From Macrostomum lignano (taxonomy: Eukaryota): a DNA stretch of 64,000 bases. The notes beneath the pieces are model-generated. The model was not told where the DNA came from. It saw only the letters and a program-made list of their open reading frames with translations, and searched no databases. This document shows positions 11,690 to 25,285 of this stretch, piece after piece. The stretch covers positions 1-64,000 of the forward strand of contig NIVC01003853.1 in assembly GCA_002269645.1 (NCBI GenBank), written 5' to 3'. Both the position numbers and the translations under genes were made by a program. Position 1 is the stretch's first letter. Every line of letters begins with the position of its first letter.

Positions 11690-11895
11690 TCTACAAATTT
11701 GTGTCAGCTTGTGTAAGTTTGTGTCAGCTTGTCTACATTGGTGTCAGCTTGTGAACATTGGTGTCAGCTCGTGTAGATTGGTGTCAGCTCGTGAAAATTT
11801 GTGTCAGCTTGTGAACAGTTGTGTCAGTTTGTGTGAAGTTGTTTCAGCTTGTGTACAGTTGTGTCAGCTTGTGTGAAGTTGTGTCAGCTTGTGTG
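11690..11895. repeat. Minisatellite, 20 bp unit
   Basis: tgtgtcagcttgtg... variants. Confidence 0.85.
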
Positions 11896-12475
11896 ACGAA
11901 CTACTCAGCCCCCGCCGGTAGACCGTTCATTCAAAGCATCTTGAAGCATCTTGAAAGCAAAAATCGTGTTGAAGGTCTCGAGGGTAATCTGAGTCTATTC
12001 CGGTAGACATTCTGGTATCTCGCAGCGGCTCTGAAAGCCGATTCACTAAAAGGTCAAACTCTCCGACATTCGAGTATTTAATCGTTGAATTGTTTCATTT
12101 CCGACGGCTCTTGAGACACGATGGCCTTGATTGAAATTGCTGCAAGTTTCAGAGTCCAGACAAGCTTTCATTTAGGTTGATCCAAGGCAGACGCGCACCC
12201 CCTGTTCAGGGTGTTCAGGGATCAGCGCTCGACTGTCGCACAAACTTCACTTCTTCGATCTGGAAGATCCCATTAAGTTGGATTTCATAAAGTCAGTTTG
12301 AATAGCGGCTTTGCTACTGTGATTTTTAGGAAATTTAAAGTTCACCACCCCTCCTTTTAATATCCACACTCAACCCCTCTAATTTAATGTCTTTCAAATA
12401 TACTCGTTTGGACCCTGCCCTCAATTTAAAGAGTTTTTCAAGTCAATATACCATCTTTTTTCTCCATATTTCTGG

Positions 12476-13035
12476 AGGATGCTTGCTATCTGCGGGATGC
12501 TTGCTATCTGCGGGATGCTTGCTATCTGCGGGATGCTTGCTATCTGCGGGATGCTTGCTATCTGCGGGATGCTTGCTATCTGCGGGATGCTTGCTATCTG
12601 CGGGATGCTTGCTATCTGCGGGATGCTTGCTATCTGCGGGATGCTTGCTATCTGCGGGATGCTTGCTATCTGCGGGATGCTTGCTATCTGCGGGATGCTT
12701 GCTATCTGCGGGATGCTTGCTATCTGCGGGATGCTTGCTATCTGCGGGATGCTTGCTATCTGCGGGATGCTTGCTATCTGCGGGATGCTTGCTATCTGCG
12801 GGATGCTTGCTATCTGCGGGATGCTTGCTATCTGCGGGATGCTTGCTATCTGCGGGATGCTTGCTATCTGCGGGATGCTTGCTATCTGCGGGATGCTTGC
12901 TATCTGCGGGATGCTTGCTATCTGCGGGATGCTTGCTATCTGCGGGATGCTTGCTATCTGCGGGATGCTTGCTATCTGCGGGATGCTTGCTATCTGCGGG
13001 ATGCTGGCTATCTGCGGGATGCTTGCTATTTGCGG
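12476..13035. repeat. Near-perfect 18-bp minisatellite, about 31 copies
   Basis: Unit gatgcttgctatctgcgg. Confidence 0.95.
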
Positions 13036-13188
13036 GATTTCTTCTCTAATACTAAAAATATAATAAAAATTGGTTGATTAAAAGCTACCAAATGTTCAAA
13101 TGGCTAGAATAGCTTGACTCAGTTTGAGTTATACTGTTTTGTATAGTGAAGCATTCCACAGGGCAACCGAAATAAGGCGGCATTTCTA

Positions 13189-16100
13189 TCAATTGCCAGT
13201 CTGGATAAGGAAATCCCAGAGAGCGTTGCCGTTCACTCCAGCATCAGGTTGGCAGGCGTTGCCGTTCACTCCAGCATCAGGTTGGCAGGCGTTGCCGTTC
13301 ACTCCAGCATCAGGTTGGCGGGCGCTGCCGTTCACTTCAGCATCAGGTTGGCGGGCGCTGCCGTTCACTTCAGCATCAGGTTGGCGGGCGCTGCCGTTCA
13401 CTTCAGCATCAGGTTGGCGGGCGCTGCCGTTCACTTCAGCATCAGGTTGGCGGGCGCTGCCGTTCACTTCAGCATCAGGTTGGCGGGCGCTGCCGTTCAC
13501 TTCAGCCGCCGGTTGGCAGGCGCTGCCGTTCACTTCAGCATCAGGTTGGCAGGCGCTGCCGTTCACTTCAGCCGCCGGTTGGCAGGCGCTGCCGTTCACT
13601 TCAGCATCAGGTTGGCGGGCGCTGCCGTTCACTTCAGCATCAGGTTGGCGGGCGCTGCCGTTCACTTCAGCATCAGGTTGGCAGGCGCTGCCGTTCACTT
13701 CAGCCGCCGGTTGGCAGGCGCTGCAGTTCACTTCAGCATCAGGTTGGCGGGCGCTGCCGTTCACTTCAGCATCAGGTTGGCAGGCGCTGCCGTTCACTTC
13801 AGCATCAGGTTGGCAGGCGCTGTCGTTCACTTCAGCCGCCGGTTGGCAGGCGCTGCCGTTCACTTCAGCATCAGGTTGGCGGGCGCTGCCGTTCACTTCA
13901 GCATCAGGTTGGCGGGCGCTGCCGTTCACTTCAGCATCAGGTTGGCAGGCGCTGCCGTTCACTTCAGCCGCCGGTTGGCAGGCGCTGCCGTTCACTTCAG
14001 CATCAGGTTGGCGGGCGCTGCCGTTCACTTCAGCATCAGGTTGGCAGGCGCTGCCGTTCACTTCAGCCGCCGGTTGGCAGGCGCTGCCGTTCACTTCAGC
14101 ATCAGGTTGGCGGGCGCTGCCGTTCACTTCAGCATCAGGTTGGCAGGCGCTGCCGTTCACTTCAGCATCAGGTTGGCGGGCGCTGCCGTTCACTTCAGCA
14201 TCAGGTTGGCGGGCGCTGCCGTTCACTTTAGCATCAGGTTGGCGGGCGCTGCCGTTCACTTCAGCATCAGGTTGGCGGGCGCTGCCGTTCACTCCAGCAT
14301 CAGGTTGGCGGGCGCTGCCGTTCACTTCAGCATCAGGTTGGCGGGCGCTGCCGTTCACTTCAGCATCAGGTTGGCGGGCGCTGCCGTTCACTTTAGCATC
14401 AGGTTGGCGGGCGCTGCCGTTCACTTCAGCATCAGGTTGGCGGGCTTCGCCGTCCTCAACAACGGATTTTAAAGGCAAATCGGCGTCGCCGTTGTTTGCG
14501 CCTGTCACAAAGTTTTTTCTCATGCGCCGTCTGCACGACCTTAGCCGGCGACGCAATGGCCTACGAAATGTCCAGATAATCGCCACTACAATGGCTACTA
14601 TCAGAGCTATGGCTACTGTGATTCCTGTGATGATTCCTGCGATTCCTGATGATTCCCGGTGGACATTGCTGTCCACCGGGCAGGGAACTTGCTCGTCGGA
14701 GTTGGTTCCTTGCATCTTTGGGTTGAACTCAACGGGAAGCAGCCGATGTACTGGTAGGCGTACAGCTTCATCGCTTCTGATCGGAATCAACTTCGGTTTT
14801 TTGTTGGAGTTCAGTCGAAGAGCAACTTGCGTTCGCTGCTCATCCCCAGAAACGTTTCTGTCGGACGGTAGAGGTGGCGATAACATATGGACAACCAGTT
14901 TTACGATCCTGCCTGATCTCCCAACTCCTTCTAACAATACTCACCCCAAGAAATCGATCAGCACAGACTGGTTGGCCAAATATATCCAGTTGCCTTTGTA
15001 CGTCAAGTTCCTGTTGCTGCAGTCGAGGTAAAACAGCTTCGCGCCAAAAAAAGCCAAAAATGGCAGCAGAATTTGATTGTCTTTGACTCGGTGCAGCACT
15101 CTGGATGCTGTGGGTGTTGGTTCGGTTAGTTTTGCGAAGTTGCTACCTAGCTTTCATGCAAGTGAACTCAGTTAATACGCTCGTAGTAGGGAATACGAAA
15201 TCCTGAGATCCCTGATATACAAGATGTGGTTAATCTGTAAACTACTTTTTAGCAGTGGCGTACCCAGGATTTTCCATACGGAGGGCACTGACAAGTTGCG
15301 ACACTAAATATTGACCTTTTTAGAGTGTGCTCTGTAAAAAAACAATCTTTACTTGAAACTCATTTATAATGGTTTGGTTTACGTTTCCACGCAACAAAAA
15401 TTATATTTGAGTACTGAGAGTTGAGACTTCAGATCGAGACTGACAGTTGAGTCATTAACTGTTGGCTCGTCAAGTCGAGCGTTGACTCAACGTCACAATG
15501 TTTAATAATCATGCAATGTAATTTTAATTTTTTTATTCTAAACAAGCTTCGCAAGGAAATTCAAATGTTCAAAATTAGAATTCAAAACTTTCACTCGTGA
15601 AGCCGTGCATTCGTGTGACTCTGATGATTATTCCTGGAAGTTTTAATTCCAGTAATAAGAATTTCTCGAGATCCCGGAAATTCATATGCTCGGGATTCAG
15701 AACTTTCATAAATATTGCAAGTTTATTAGAAGGCTCGCTTCTTCGTGTGTATTTAGCGATTTTTTTCTTCAAAAGAGCATTCTCGCCTTTGTGCCACACC
15801 AGCTTCAAAATAGGTGCATTTAAGGTTGCACATTTATACCTGGCTAAGATAGGAAACGATAGTCAGAAGTGAAATTACTCACAACTGCATTACTTTTGAC
15901 TGCAAGAAATATTGCACATATAGGCTCTCCCTGATCCCACACGCAGATATAGCTCGTAGGGTCGAAGCCTGTGAGTCATAAAACACAGGCAGAGTCAGAT
16001 AATTCTGTGAGTCAAAAAACACAGGCAGAGTCAGATAATTCTGTGAGTCAAAAAACACAGGCAGAGTCAGATAAGCCTGTGAGTCAAAAAAACACAGGCA

Positions 16101-18765
16101 GAGTCAGATAATTCTGTGAGTCAAAAAACACAGGCAGAGTCAGATAAGCCTGTGAGTCAAAAAAACACAGGCAGAGTCAGATAATTCTGTGAGTCAAAAA
16201 ACACAGGCAGAGTCAGATAAGCCTGTGAGTCAAAAAACACAGGCAGAGTCAGATAATTCTGTGAGTCAAAAAACACAGGCAGAGTCAGATAAGCCTGTGA
16301 GTCATAAAACACAGGCAGAGTCAGATAATTCTGTGAGTCAAAAAACACAGGCAGAGTCAGATGAGTCTGTGAGTCATAAAACACAGGCAGAGTCAGATAA
16401 GCCTGTGAGTCATAAAACACAGGCAGAGTCAGATAATTCTGTGAGTCATAAAACACAGGCAGAGTCAGATAAGCCTGTGAGTCATAAAACACAGGCAGAG
16501 TCAGATAAGTCTGTGAGTCAAAAAACACAGGCAGAGTCAGATAAGCCTGTGAGTCATAAAACACAGGCAGAGTCAGATAAGCCTGTGAGTCATAAAACAC
16601 AGGCAGAGTCAGATAAGCCTGTGAGTCATAAAACACAGGCAGAGTCAGATAAGCCTGTGAGTCAAAAAACACAGGCAGAGTCAGATAAGCCTGTGAGTCA
16701 TAAAACACAGGCAGAGTCAGATAAGCCTGTGAGTCATAAAACACAGGCAGAGTCAGATAATTCTGTGAGTCAAAAAACACAGGCAGAGTCAGATGAGTCT
16801 GTGAGTCATAAAACACAGGCAGAGTCAGATAAGCCTGTGAGTCATAAAACACAGGCAGAGTCAGATGAGTCTGTGAGTCATAAAACACAGGCAGAGTCAG
16901 ATAATTCTGTGAGTCAAAAAACACAGGCAGAGTCAGATAAGCCTGTGAGTCATAAAACACAGGCAGAGTCAGATAAGCCTGTGAGTCATAAAACACAGGC
17001 AGAGTCAGATAATTCTGTGAGTCATAAAACACAGGCAGAGTCAGATAATTCTGTGAGTCAAAAAACACAGGCAGAGTCAGATGAGTCTGTGAGTCATAAA
17101 ACACAGGCAGAGTCAGATAATTCTGTGAGTCATAAAACACAGGCAGAGTCAGATAAGCCTGTGAGTCAAAAAACACAGGCAGAGTCAGATGAGTCTGTGA
17201 GTCAAAAAACACAGGCAGAGTCAGATAAGCCTGTGAGTCAAAAAACACAGGCAGAGTCAGATGAGTCTGTGAGTCAAAAAACACAGGCAGAGTCAGATAA
17301 GCCTGTGAGTCATAAAACACAGGCAGAGTCAGATAATTCTGTGAGTCAAAAAACACAGGCAGAGTCAGATAAGCCTGTGAGTCAAAAAACACAGGCAGAG
17401 TCAGATGAGTCTGTGAGTCAAAAAACACAGGCAGAGTCAGATAAGCCTGTGAGTCAAAAAACACAGGCAGAGTCAGATGAGTCTGTGAGTCATAAAACAC
17501 AGGCAGAGTCAGATAATTCTGTGAGTCATAAAACACAGGCAGAGTCAGATAAGCCTGTGAGTCAAAAAACACAGGCAGAGTCAGATGAGTCTGTGAGTCA
17601 AAAAACACAGGCAGAGTCAGATAAGCCTGTGAGTCAAAAAACACAGGCAGAGTCAGATGAGTCTGTGAGTCAAAAAACACAGGCAGAGTCAGATAAGCCT
17701 GTGAGTCATAAAACACAGGCAGAGTCAGATAATTCTGTGAGTCAGCTTACAGAGAGCAAAAATTTCGAACAACCTGGTGAAAAATATTCACCTCATTGTA
17801 CGAGCGTAAGTGCAACTGAAAATTGTATTGCCCAGGATTGTATTCCCCAGTTGATGAGGCATTAATGCTTCGTAACCGAAATATTACTGCTCACCGTTCC
17901 GCAAAAAACTCGCCAATTCGGCGTGCATCGCAGTGCTGCAGCGGACAGCCACTCGACAGCTGCAGACCGTGGCCCAAGGCCGAATCAGCAGGAATCGGCA
18001 AGGAGCATCTCCCGCCGTGCCTGAAGCTTGTGCTGGAGTTGCACGACTCCTGGCTGGTTGCAGTGACTGTCAGATTGTCGGATGCAGTCACATTTGTGAC
18101 ATTTGCCAGCTTGGCTGTGATGTTCACTGTGTCCCCACTGCAATGTAGGGTGTCACTTATGCACTTCAAATCATTTTGACTGAACTCAACATTGCATAGC
18201 TGTTGCAAGAAGTGTGCGATCAGGTAGACGGTCAACACTTTTTGAATCGTGTCAATTTTGTCAAATCCACCACACACGTCAACACAACTGAAGTAAATGC
18301 AGTTTAAAACAAAGAAGTCCCTTACGCATTCGCCAAGATGTAGAGGACAGAGCTGAGGTTCACTGAGTAGTTGGCAAAGTCACCTCCTAAATTAAGAATG
18401 TAATAAGATTAGTTAGACAATAACACATCCAAGGTATCTAAAATGTATAGGAATAATTAAGCAAACGTGCTCACCACTGAAATGCGCAACATCCAGTCGG
18501 AGTCCTCGTCTTAGATCCGGAGGTTTGATCGCCAGAACGGTGTTGTTCTCAATCACCTTGACTTTCCAGATACAAGCCTCTGTTATCACGGCGGTCTTGT
18601 CAGCAAAACCGTCGTGGAGATAGAAAAATAGACGAATTCCTCCATGGACATCGAAAAATTTCCAATGGGTCTGTTCTCGACAGTACCCCACGTCATGCTC
18701 CACAGCCGTTACGATTCTGAAATTCAATGGAAGGATTTTTGGCTGATTGTACACGTGGCTGACTG
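13189..18765 (-). CDS. Multi-exon single-pass (type I-like) membrane glycoprotein of unknown family, copy A; 5' exons and part of the exon chain unresolved
   Basis: Phase-consistent exons: ~18765-18474 (..LDVAHFS), ~18387-18326 (GGDFANYSVNLSSVLYILANA), ~18287-17894 (Cys-rich, several NxS/T), ~15149-14945 (..LYLDCSNRNLT..DFLG), ~14908-13189 (TM IAGIITGITVAIALIVAIVVAIIW followed by RRPLRRRLR). GT-AG introns include 38 and 36 nt. Linkage from 17894 to 15149 not resolved. Confidence 0.7.
13225..14445 (-). repeat. Coding 33-bp tandem repeat (about 37 x ARQPDAEVNGS / ACQPAAEVNGS) in the cytoplasmic tail of copy A
   Basis: In frame with the TM-encoding exon, no stops until 13189. Confidence 0.85.
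15965..17745. repeat. Intronic 36-bp minisatellite, about 49 copies
   Basis: Unit gtgagtcataaaacacaggcagagtcagataagcct with several variants; absent at the paralogous position (~37850). Confidence 0.95.
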
Positions 18766-19309
18766 ATTGAAAAAGAATAATTTAACAAAAGACAGACAAT
18801 CTGCTAGAGAATGGGAGAAAACTATTTCGTGGCAATCAGAAGTGTCAGAGCTCATACTCAAGTGCCGTAAAACATTCAAGCTGATTAAACAGTAGCAAAA
18901 GAAGATAAGAAACTTTTGATGTAAAGCAAATTGACAAACAAGCAGAACTACAGCTCATTATCGAGAGAAGCTGACATTGAACCTCATTAAAAGAAGAAGC
19001 TGTTAAGCACATTCGACAGACAAGACAAGTATCTTAGGCCGACACAGTTTACAGAAAAGTATAAGGCTGGAGACAGACAGTTGACAAAGAAGACCAGTGT
19101 ATAAAATCTACATTTTGACAAAGAAGGCAAAGAATTGCGCTGACAAAAACTCCAAACAAACAGAAGAGTTCGTTCACTCACTGAAATTGACTAACAGGCA
19201 GAGATCAATAGCAGAAGACAAATAAGCAGACCTCACTAAAAAAAGAAGTTAATGCGAGCTGACGAACAGAACAAGCTGATAAACAAGCAGAGATAATTTT
19301 CTGAAGATG

Positions 19310-21255
19310 GTGACAAACAAGCAGACCTCACTAACAGAAGAAGCTGACAAACAAGCAGACCTCACTAACAGAAGAAGCTGACAAACAAGCAGACCTCACT
19401 AACAGAAGAAGCTGACAAACAAGCAGACCTCACTAACAGAAGAAGCTGACAAACAAGCAGACCTCACTAACAGAAGAAGCTGACAAACAAGCAGACCTCA
19501 CTAACAGAAGAAGCTGACAAACAAGCAGACCTCACTAACAGAAGAAGCTGACAAACAAGCAGACCTCACTAACAGAAGAAGCTGACAAACAAGCAGACCT
19601 CAATAACAGAAGAAGCTGACAAACAAACAGACCTCACTAACAGAAGAAGCTGACAAACAAGCAGACCTCACTAACAGAAGAAGCTGACAAACAAACAGAC
19701 CTCACTAACAGAAGAAGCTGACAAACAAGCAGACCTCACTAACAGAAGAAGCTGACAAACAAACAGACCTCACTAACAGAAGAAGCTGACAAACAAGCAG
19801 ACCTCACTAACAGAAGAAGCTGACAAACAAGCAGACCTCACTAACAGAAGAAGCTGACAAACAAGCAGAGATAATTTGCAGAAGAAGCTGACAAACAAGC
19901 AGACTTCAGTAACAGAAGAAGCTGACAAACAAGCAGACCTCACTAACAGAAGAAGCTGACAAACAAGCAGACCTCACTAACAGAAGAAGCTGACAAACAA
20001 GCAGAGATAATTTGCAGAAGAAGCTGACAAACAAGCAGACCTCACTAACAGAAGAAGCTGACAAACAAGCAGACCTCACTAACAGAAGAAGCTGACAAAC
20101 AAGCAGACCTCACTAACAGAAGAAGCTGACAAACAAGCAGACCTCACTAACAGAAGAAGCTGACAAACAAGCAGAGATAATTTGCAGAAGAAGCTGACAA
20201 ACAAACAGACCTCAATAACAGAAGAAGCTGACAAACAAGCAGACCTCACTAACAGAAGAAGCTGACAAACAAGCAGATCTCACTAACAGAAGAAGCTGAC
20301 AAACAAGCAGACCTCACTAACAGAAGAAGCTGACAAACAAACAGACCTCACTAACAGAAGAAGCTGACAAACAAGCAGACCTCACTAACAGAAGAAGCTG
20401 ACAAACAAACAGACCTCACTAACAGAAGAAGCTGACAAACAAGCAGACCTCACTAACAGAAGAAGCTGACAAACAAACAGACCTCACTAACAGAAGAAGC
20501 TGACAAACAAGCAGACCTCACTAACAGAAGAAGCTGACAAACAAGCAGACCTCACTAACAGAAGAAGCTGACAAACAAGCAGACCTCACTAACAGAAGAA
20601 GCTGACAAACAAACAGACCTCACTAACAGAAGAAGCTGACAAACAAGCAGACCTCACTAACAGAAGAAGCTGACAAACAAGCAGACCTCACTAACAGAAG
20701 AAGCTGACAAACAAACAGACCTCACTAACAGAAGAAGCTGACAAACAAGCAGACCTCACTAACAGAAGAAGCTGACAAACAAGCAGACCTCACTAACAGA
20801 AGAAGCTGACAAACAAGCAGACCTCACTAACAGAAGAAGCTGACAAACAAACAGACCTCACTAACAGAAGAAGCTGACAAACAAGCAGACCTCACTAACA
20901 GAAGAAGCTGACAAACAAGCAGACCTCACTAACAGAAGAAGCTGACAAACAAGCAGACCTCACTAACAGAAGAAGCTGACAAACAAGCAGAGATAATTTG
21001 CAGAAGAAGCTGATAAACAAGTAGAGATCACTACAGAAGAAGCTGACAAACAAGCAGAGATAATTTGCAGAAGAAGCTGACAAAAAAGCAGAGATCATTT
21101 GCAGAAGAAGCTGACAAACAAGCAGAGATAATTTGCAGAAGAAGCTGACAAACAAGCAGAGATCATTTGCAGAAGAAGCTGATAAACAAGCAGAGATAAT
21201 TTGCAGAAGAAGCTGACAAACAAGCAGAGATCACTACAGAAGAAGCTGACAAACA
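19310..21255. repeat. 34-bp minisatellite, about 57 copies
   Basis: Unit aaacaagcagacctcactaacagaagaagctgac; homologous to the array at 47930-49340. Confidence 0.95.
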
Positions 21256-24200
21256 GAGCCCACTATTGTTGCTATTCTAAATTTGATGGAAATCCTAAAG
21301 CTATAACTCATGTGGTTGTAGAGTAGCTAAAAATCACTTATTTAGTCCGCACAGCCACTTTTTTAAATCAGAGAGCTGCAAATTAATCAACTCACTGCAG
21401 TCCGGCAACAATGAAAAGAAACTGGAGCAGCACTTTTGTCCGAATAAAATTCATTTTAATTTTATTCTGAAAGATCTGAACTTTCATGTTTAAGATTTGA
21501 GCTCGAACGCTTAATCTATATCGAACATGGAACCGAATTTTGTAATATATAACTTTAAAATTTTCATATAGCTTTTAGTTAAATTAGACAATGAGTTTTG
21601 TAATAAACTCTGAATAGTAGCATTCAAAAGGCTGTTTTATTGGTAGTAATAATTAATTGTTGCTTTAATTTGTTTGTTCGAAGTCGAGTAATTGAATTTA
21701 TTTTTGTTAGACTATTTTTTAACATCTGACTGCTGTCAGACTACTGACTACGTAAGTACGAGTAGTCTGAACTGCATTATTAGCGTGTAAATTTGTTCTC
21801 CGAGGAGCCTGCAATAAATCTAGAATTTCCAGACATAGCTTTTCAATGCTAGTAGAAGACATTAGGAGATCGGAAAGAAGCGATTCTAGTTCGTATATTC
21901 TGAAAAACAGCAGATGAGGAGACAATTACCATCAAGTTTAGCTGCCCCGCTCGGGCGTTTGAGCAGTTCCTTGACAAAGTCGCTGGTACACAAGTCGAAT
22001 CAAATCTGCGTCCATATCAGGTCTTTTCCTGACTTCACGTATCAACTGGTGAAAATAATAGTCGAGCGGGACACCTTCATGTTAACAGATGACGCACTTC
22101 CAGAAAAGCTCTGAAGTCGACATGGCAAGTCGCACACATCCTCTTACCGTCAGTAGTACCCAAAATAACTCTTTATTTACATTGTGCTATGATGTCGCAA
22201 AATATTCTCTGTAAGATTACTATACTGACTCCAGAGGGTCACTAGGTTTTGTGTTTGAAGTCTGATCGAATGAATTCAGGCAGCATAATGGCACTTTGCA
22301 TAGTCATGGTAGTCATAGATTGCGCGGGGAGCGGCCGCGGATTTGCCACGGAACTCCCAGCCCTATTCAAACAATACAGCGAATCCAACCATGAAGGGTG
22401 GGTCCAACCATTAGAAAATATGCCAGTAGAAACAGCCCGCACCGATAGGGCCGTTTTCTGACTATGCAGTTTGTCATAAATGTACGGATAGAGAGAAGAA
22501 CTTCAGAGAGAAAAAAATGCAGTCTGGCATTATCGCAGCAGTGGTGTACCCTGCTATCTACATTTGCATGCATGTACAGACCGCGACGAAATTTTTTGTA
22601 TTGCAAAGCAAACAGAGGGTAAAGCAAACAATAAGCCTTCATGGCAACAGGCAGGAGCCGGTGTGAGAGCTTAGTGCACAGCTGCTTGGTAGAGGGAATT
22701 GTTAGTCATGCAGAAAAGTATTGCTTACAATTGTACATTGCACAAATGTCAGACACTAGACTTTGCTTTTCTGTGGGGTGGACTGCTGCTTTGCAGAAAG
22801 AATTTCTATGCAAATTTAAGCTCTTCTTTCTCTAACATCATAAAGTGATTGCTGTGGCTGTCTGCTTTGTGCGCTATTGCCCTTCTTTCAAAGTGGTGTG
22901 CATAGCTTCATCTGTGTGGCCTGCACTAACTAGCTTGTACACAGAGCATCCCGTGATGCGTCAGCTAGTCAGTGGAAAGATGGAAAATGGTGGAAAGATT
23001 GCCTGCCAGGACAATATAGCAATACTAGAAATGACTAGTAAAATCTACACACACTTATACAACGATATGGTGCAATTATCTCGGTTTTCATTCAAGGATG
23101 GGTTTCTCACAATTCGAGCGTCAGGGGTGCGACTGACAGAGCGATTTCGGGCAACAAAAACAACAAGTTGCGCCTTAAAATGAGAACCGTGTCACATGGT
23201 GCGCCTGAAGGAGCGAATCCGGGGTGCCGACGTCGGCCAGCGGGCAGTCGACGAAACGCCAAGTGTGCGCCTCTCCTTGCCCGCTACCCACTGACGAGAA
23301 GTACGACTTGGTGCGGATGATGTGGCATATGAAGCTGGAGTCGCCGACGGCCACGATTTAAACATGTTAGACTGGCGTGGCGATAGAGTGCCGCTTTGGT
23401 GACTCGCTCATCGCTGATTTGTAAGCATCCGCCGCCTCAACCTGCTGTTCTAGCGAGTCCTACATGTCGGTTTCAAGTAGAATGAACTCGACCACCACCT
23501 AAAGCATCGCTGCCCTGTGGCGAAAATGTGTGGTAACTGCATTCCAATTGAATTTAATTTAGCATTTGTAAGAATTATCATCGAACTACCACCAAATAGA
23601 GAATGCTTTCAAACAGCAAAGCTCCAGGTTATTCACACAGATATGTGGCTTTGACTCTTTATTTACTGCCTTGCTTTCTTCAAGTCTTTATTATATAAAC
23701 TAAGCAACTCCTAAAAAATAATCGTTTTAGGCATAGAAAAGCATAAACATTGCTCTCACTTTTCTTGCCACTACTTGCAGTAGCCTAAATAGTCAGCCAA
23801 CAGCTCGATCAATCCGTTCAGCTTGTAAAATAATTCATGAAGACTGTGAGAAATTGAAAATTGAATCACAATCGCTGGACATCATGCTTAACAGCTCTTT
23901 CTCACGTGACGCACCGCAGCTGGGCCCACCGGATCACTTTTCGGGTGGAAGATCTTACATGGCATCGACCATCATTAGCAGAGAGAAGAATGGCTCGCGC
24001 CGCGAAATCCTACTCCTGGAGTCCCGGATCCCACTGCAGTTGATTCAAGTAAGTCCAAAGTTACTCACGCTAGCCAGGTTGATGAAGACAACACCAGCAG
24101 CAGCGAAGAGGATGACGAAGTGAATCCAGACGGCGCCAGCGTCCTGAAGGGCACCGACGACCAGGACCAGGTGATCGCCTGACAAGACAAGCCGGATGTC

Positions 24201-24599
24201 ATCATGGCCCTCGACACCATCTTGAAAGGGACCTGCTATATACGCTCGTACTTGGGTTTCTGGCACTCGTGCGAAAAAGGAATTTATTAGCCTTTAGGGC
24301 TCCGTCGCTTTCATTTAATGTAAAGCGCTTTGAGAATGGTTAAACTGAGGGACGAGAGTGATCAATCAGAACCGACACTTTGTACATGGACGTTGACTAT
24401 ATTGAACTGTTTGAACAACACTGCTGTACATCAATTTCAGCTTTCAAAGAGCTATACTCTGGCAATTTAACATTTAATAGTATACAAGCCTGAAGACGCA
24501 TGGCTGAGAAATCGAAACTAGTCGCAATTTCGAAATGCTGTTATCATTGATTTTCTTGTTTAATATTTATTCTGTACGAACGGCATTCAATGCTTGTTT

Positions 24600-24895
24600 T
24601 TCAGCTCCTTTTGTTAATCCCCTCTACTTGTATGCCAGCTCCTTCGGTTGCCAATTTCTTAATTGTCACACGACAGTCCAAATCCACTGCTGTCGGAACG
24701 GCAGCGACTGTCTCTATCGAGCGCTTGGCATTCTTCGGGTTGAACTTCGGCTGATCTTAGGTGTCACATCCGTCTTTCACATGTCGGATGAGGAAGTAGA
24801 TCTGTCTCTCCGACAGCTGATTGTCTGGCTAGGTCGTGGACAGGGCCTCCTTGATTTCCTTCATGCCTGCTTTCACCATGTCACACACAAATTCA
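24600..24895 (-). pseudogene. Degenerate Tc1/mariner transposase N-terminal (HTH) remnant
   Basis: Minus frame reads IKEALSTT*PDNQLSERQIYFLIRHVKDGCDT*DQPK...SIETVAAV.TAVDLDCRVTIKKLATE, resembling the mariner paired-like and second HTH; in-frame stops. Confidence 0.55.
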
Positions 24896-25009
24896 TGAAC
24901 GCTTGTTCATAGTCAACAAGCTGGAATGCTGCTCATAACATGTTGCCATATAAAATGGTTAAACTCTAGTCAAGACGGCGTTTCAAAGCTAATGTAGAAA
25001 CTGGGGTGT

Positions 25010-25285
25010 GTGCGTATTAACCTACGGCCGAGGTCTCAGCCCGTCGAGGGCGGCCGATTCCAGAAAGGTGAACGCCTCGATCGGCTTGGTCCATAAGTCA
25101 CGCGGCCTTAGCTGCGTCGGGTTAGCAGGGCAGCTGAAAAAGTGGGTCACCGTTTGAGGCTCTAGGTCACAGTCCCGACAGGCCTGGGTTGACCCTGGCC
25201 TGAAAGTCGCGGAGAAGCGAGCAGAAACTGGAGCGAAGCTGCGCCAGTGTGCACCGCATGCAGTGGGGAAGACGGGCCTCAGGGC
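25010..25285 (-). mobile_element. 3' end of a 5'-truncated non-LTR retrotransposon (I/Ingi-like LINE)
   Basis: RCTLAQLRSSFCSLLRDFQARVNP, then (frameshifted) ACRDCDLEPQTVTHFFSCPANPTQLRPRDLWTKP: the LAQLRS + CCHC knuckle + PTxL..DLW C-terminus. Confidence 0.7.

Noticed and set aside
12387-13063. ORFs of (AGCLLS)n and (MLAICG)n
   Set aside because: Stop-free 18-bp repeat with no non-repetitive coding context
13124-15031. 635-aa and 407-aa plus-strand ORFs
   Set aside because: Antisense to the TM-bearing exon, whose minus-strand frame is conserved in the paralog
16157-17865. 519-aa and 558-aa repeat ORFs (SQKTQAESDKPV)n
   Set aside because: No ATG start, frame-breaking indels in the first units, located in an intron and absent from the paralog
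15965-21255. CRISPR-like appearance of 34-36-bp repeat arrays
   Set aside because: Units are head-to-tail with no unique spacers, no cas genes, eukaryotic context
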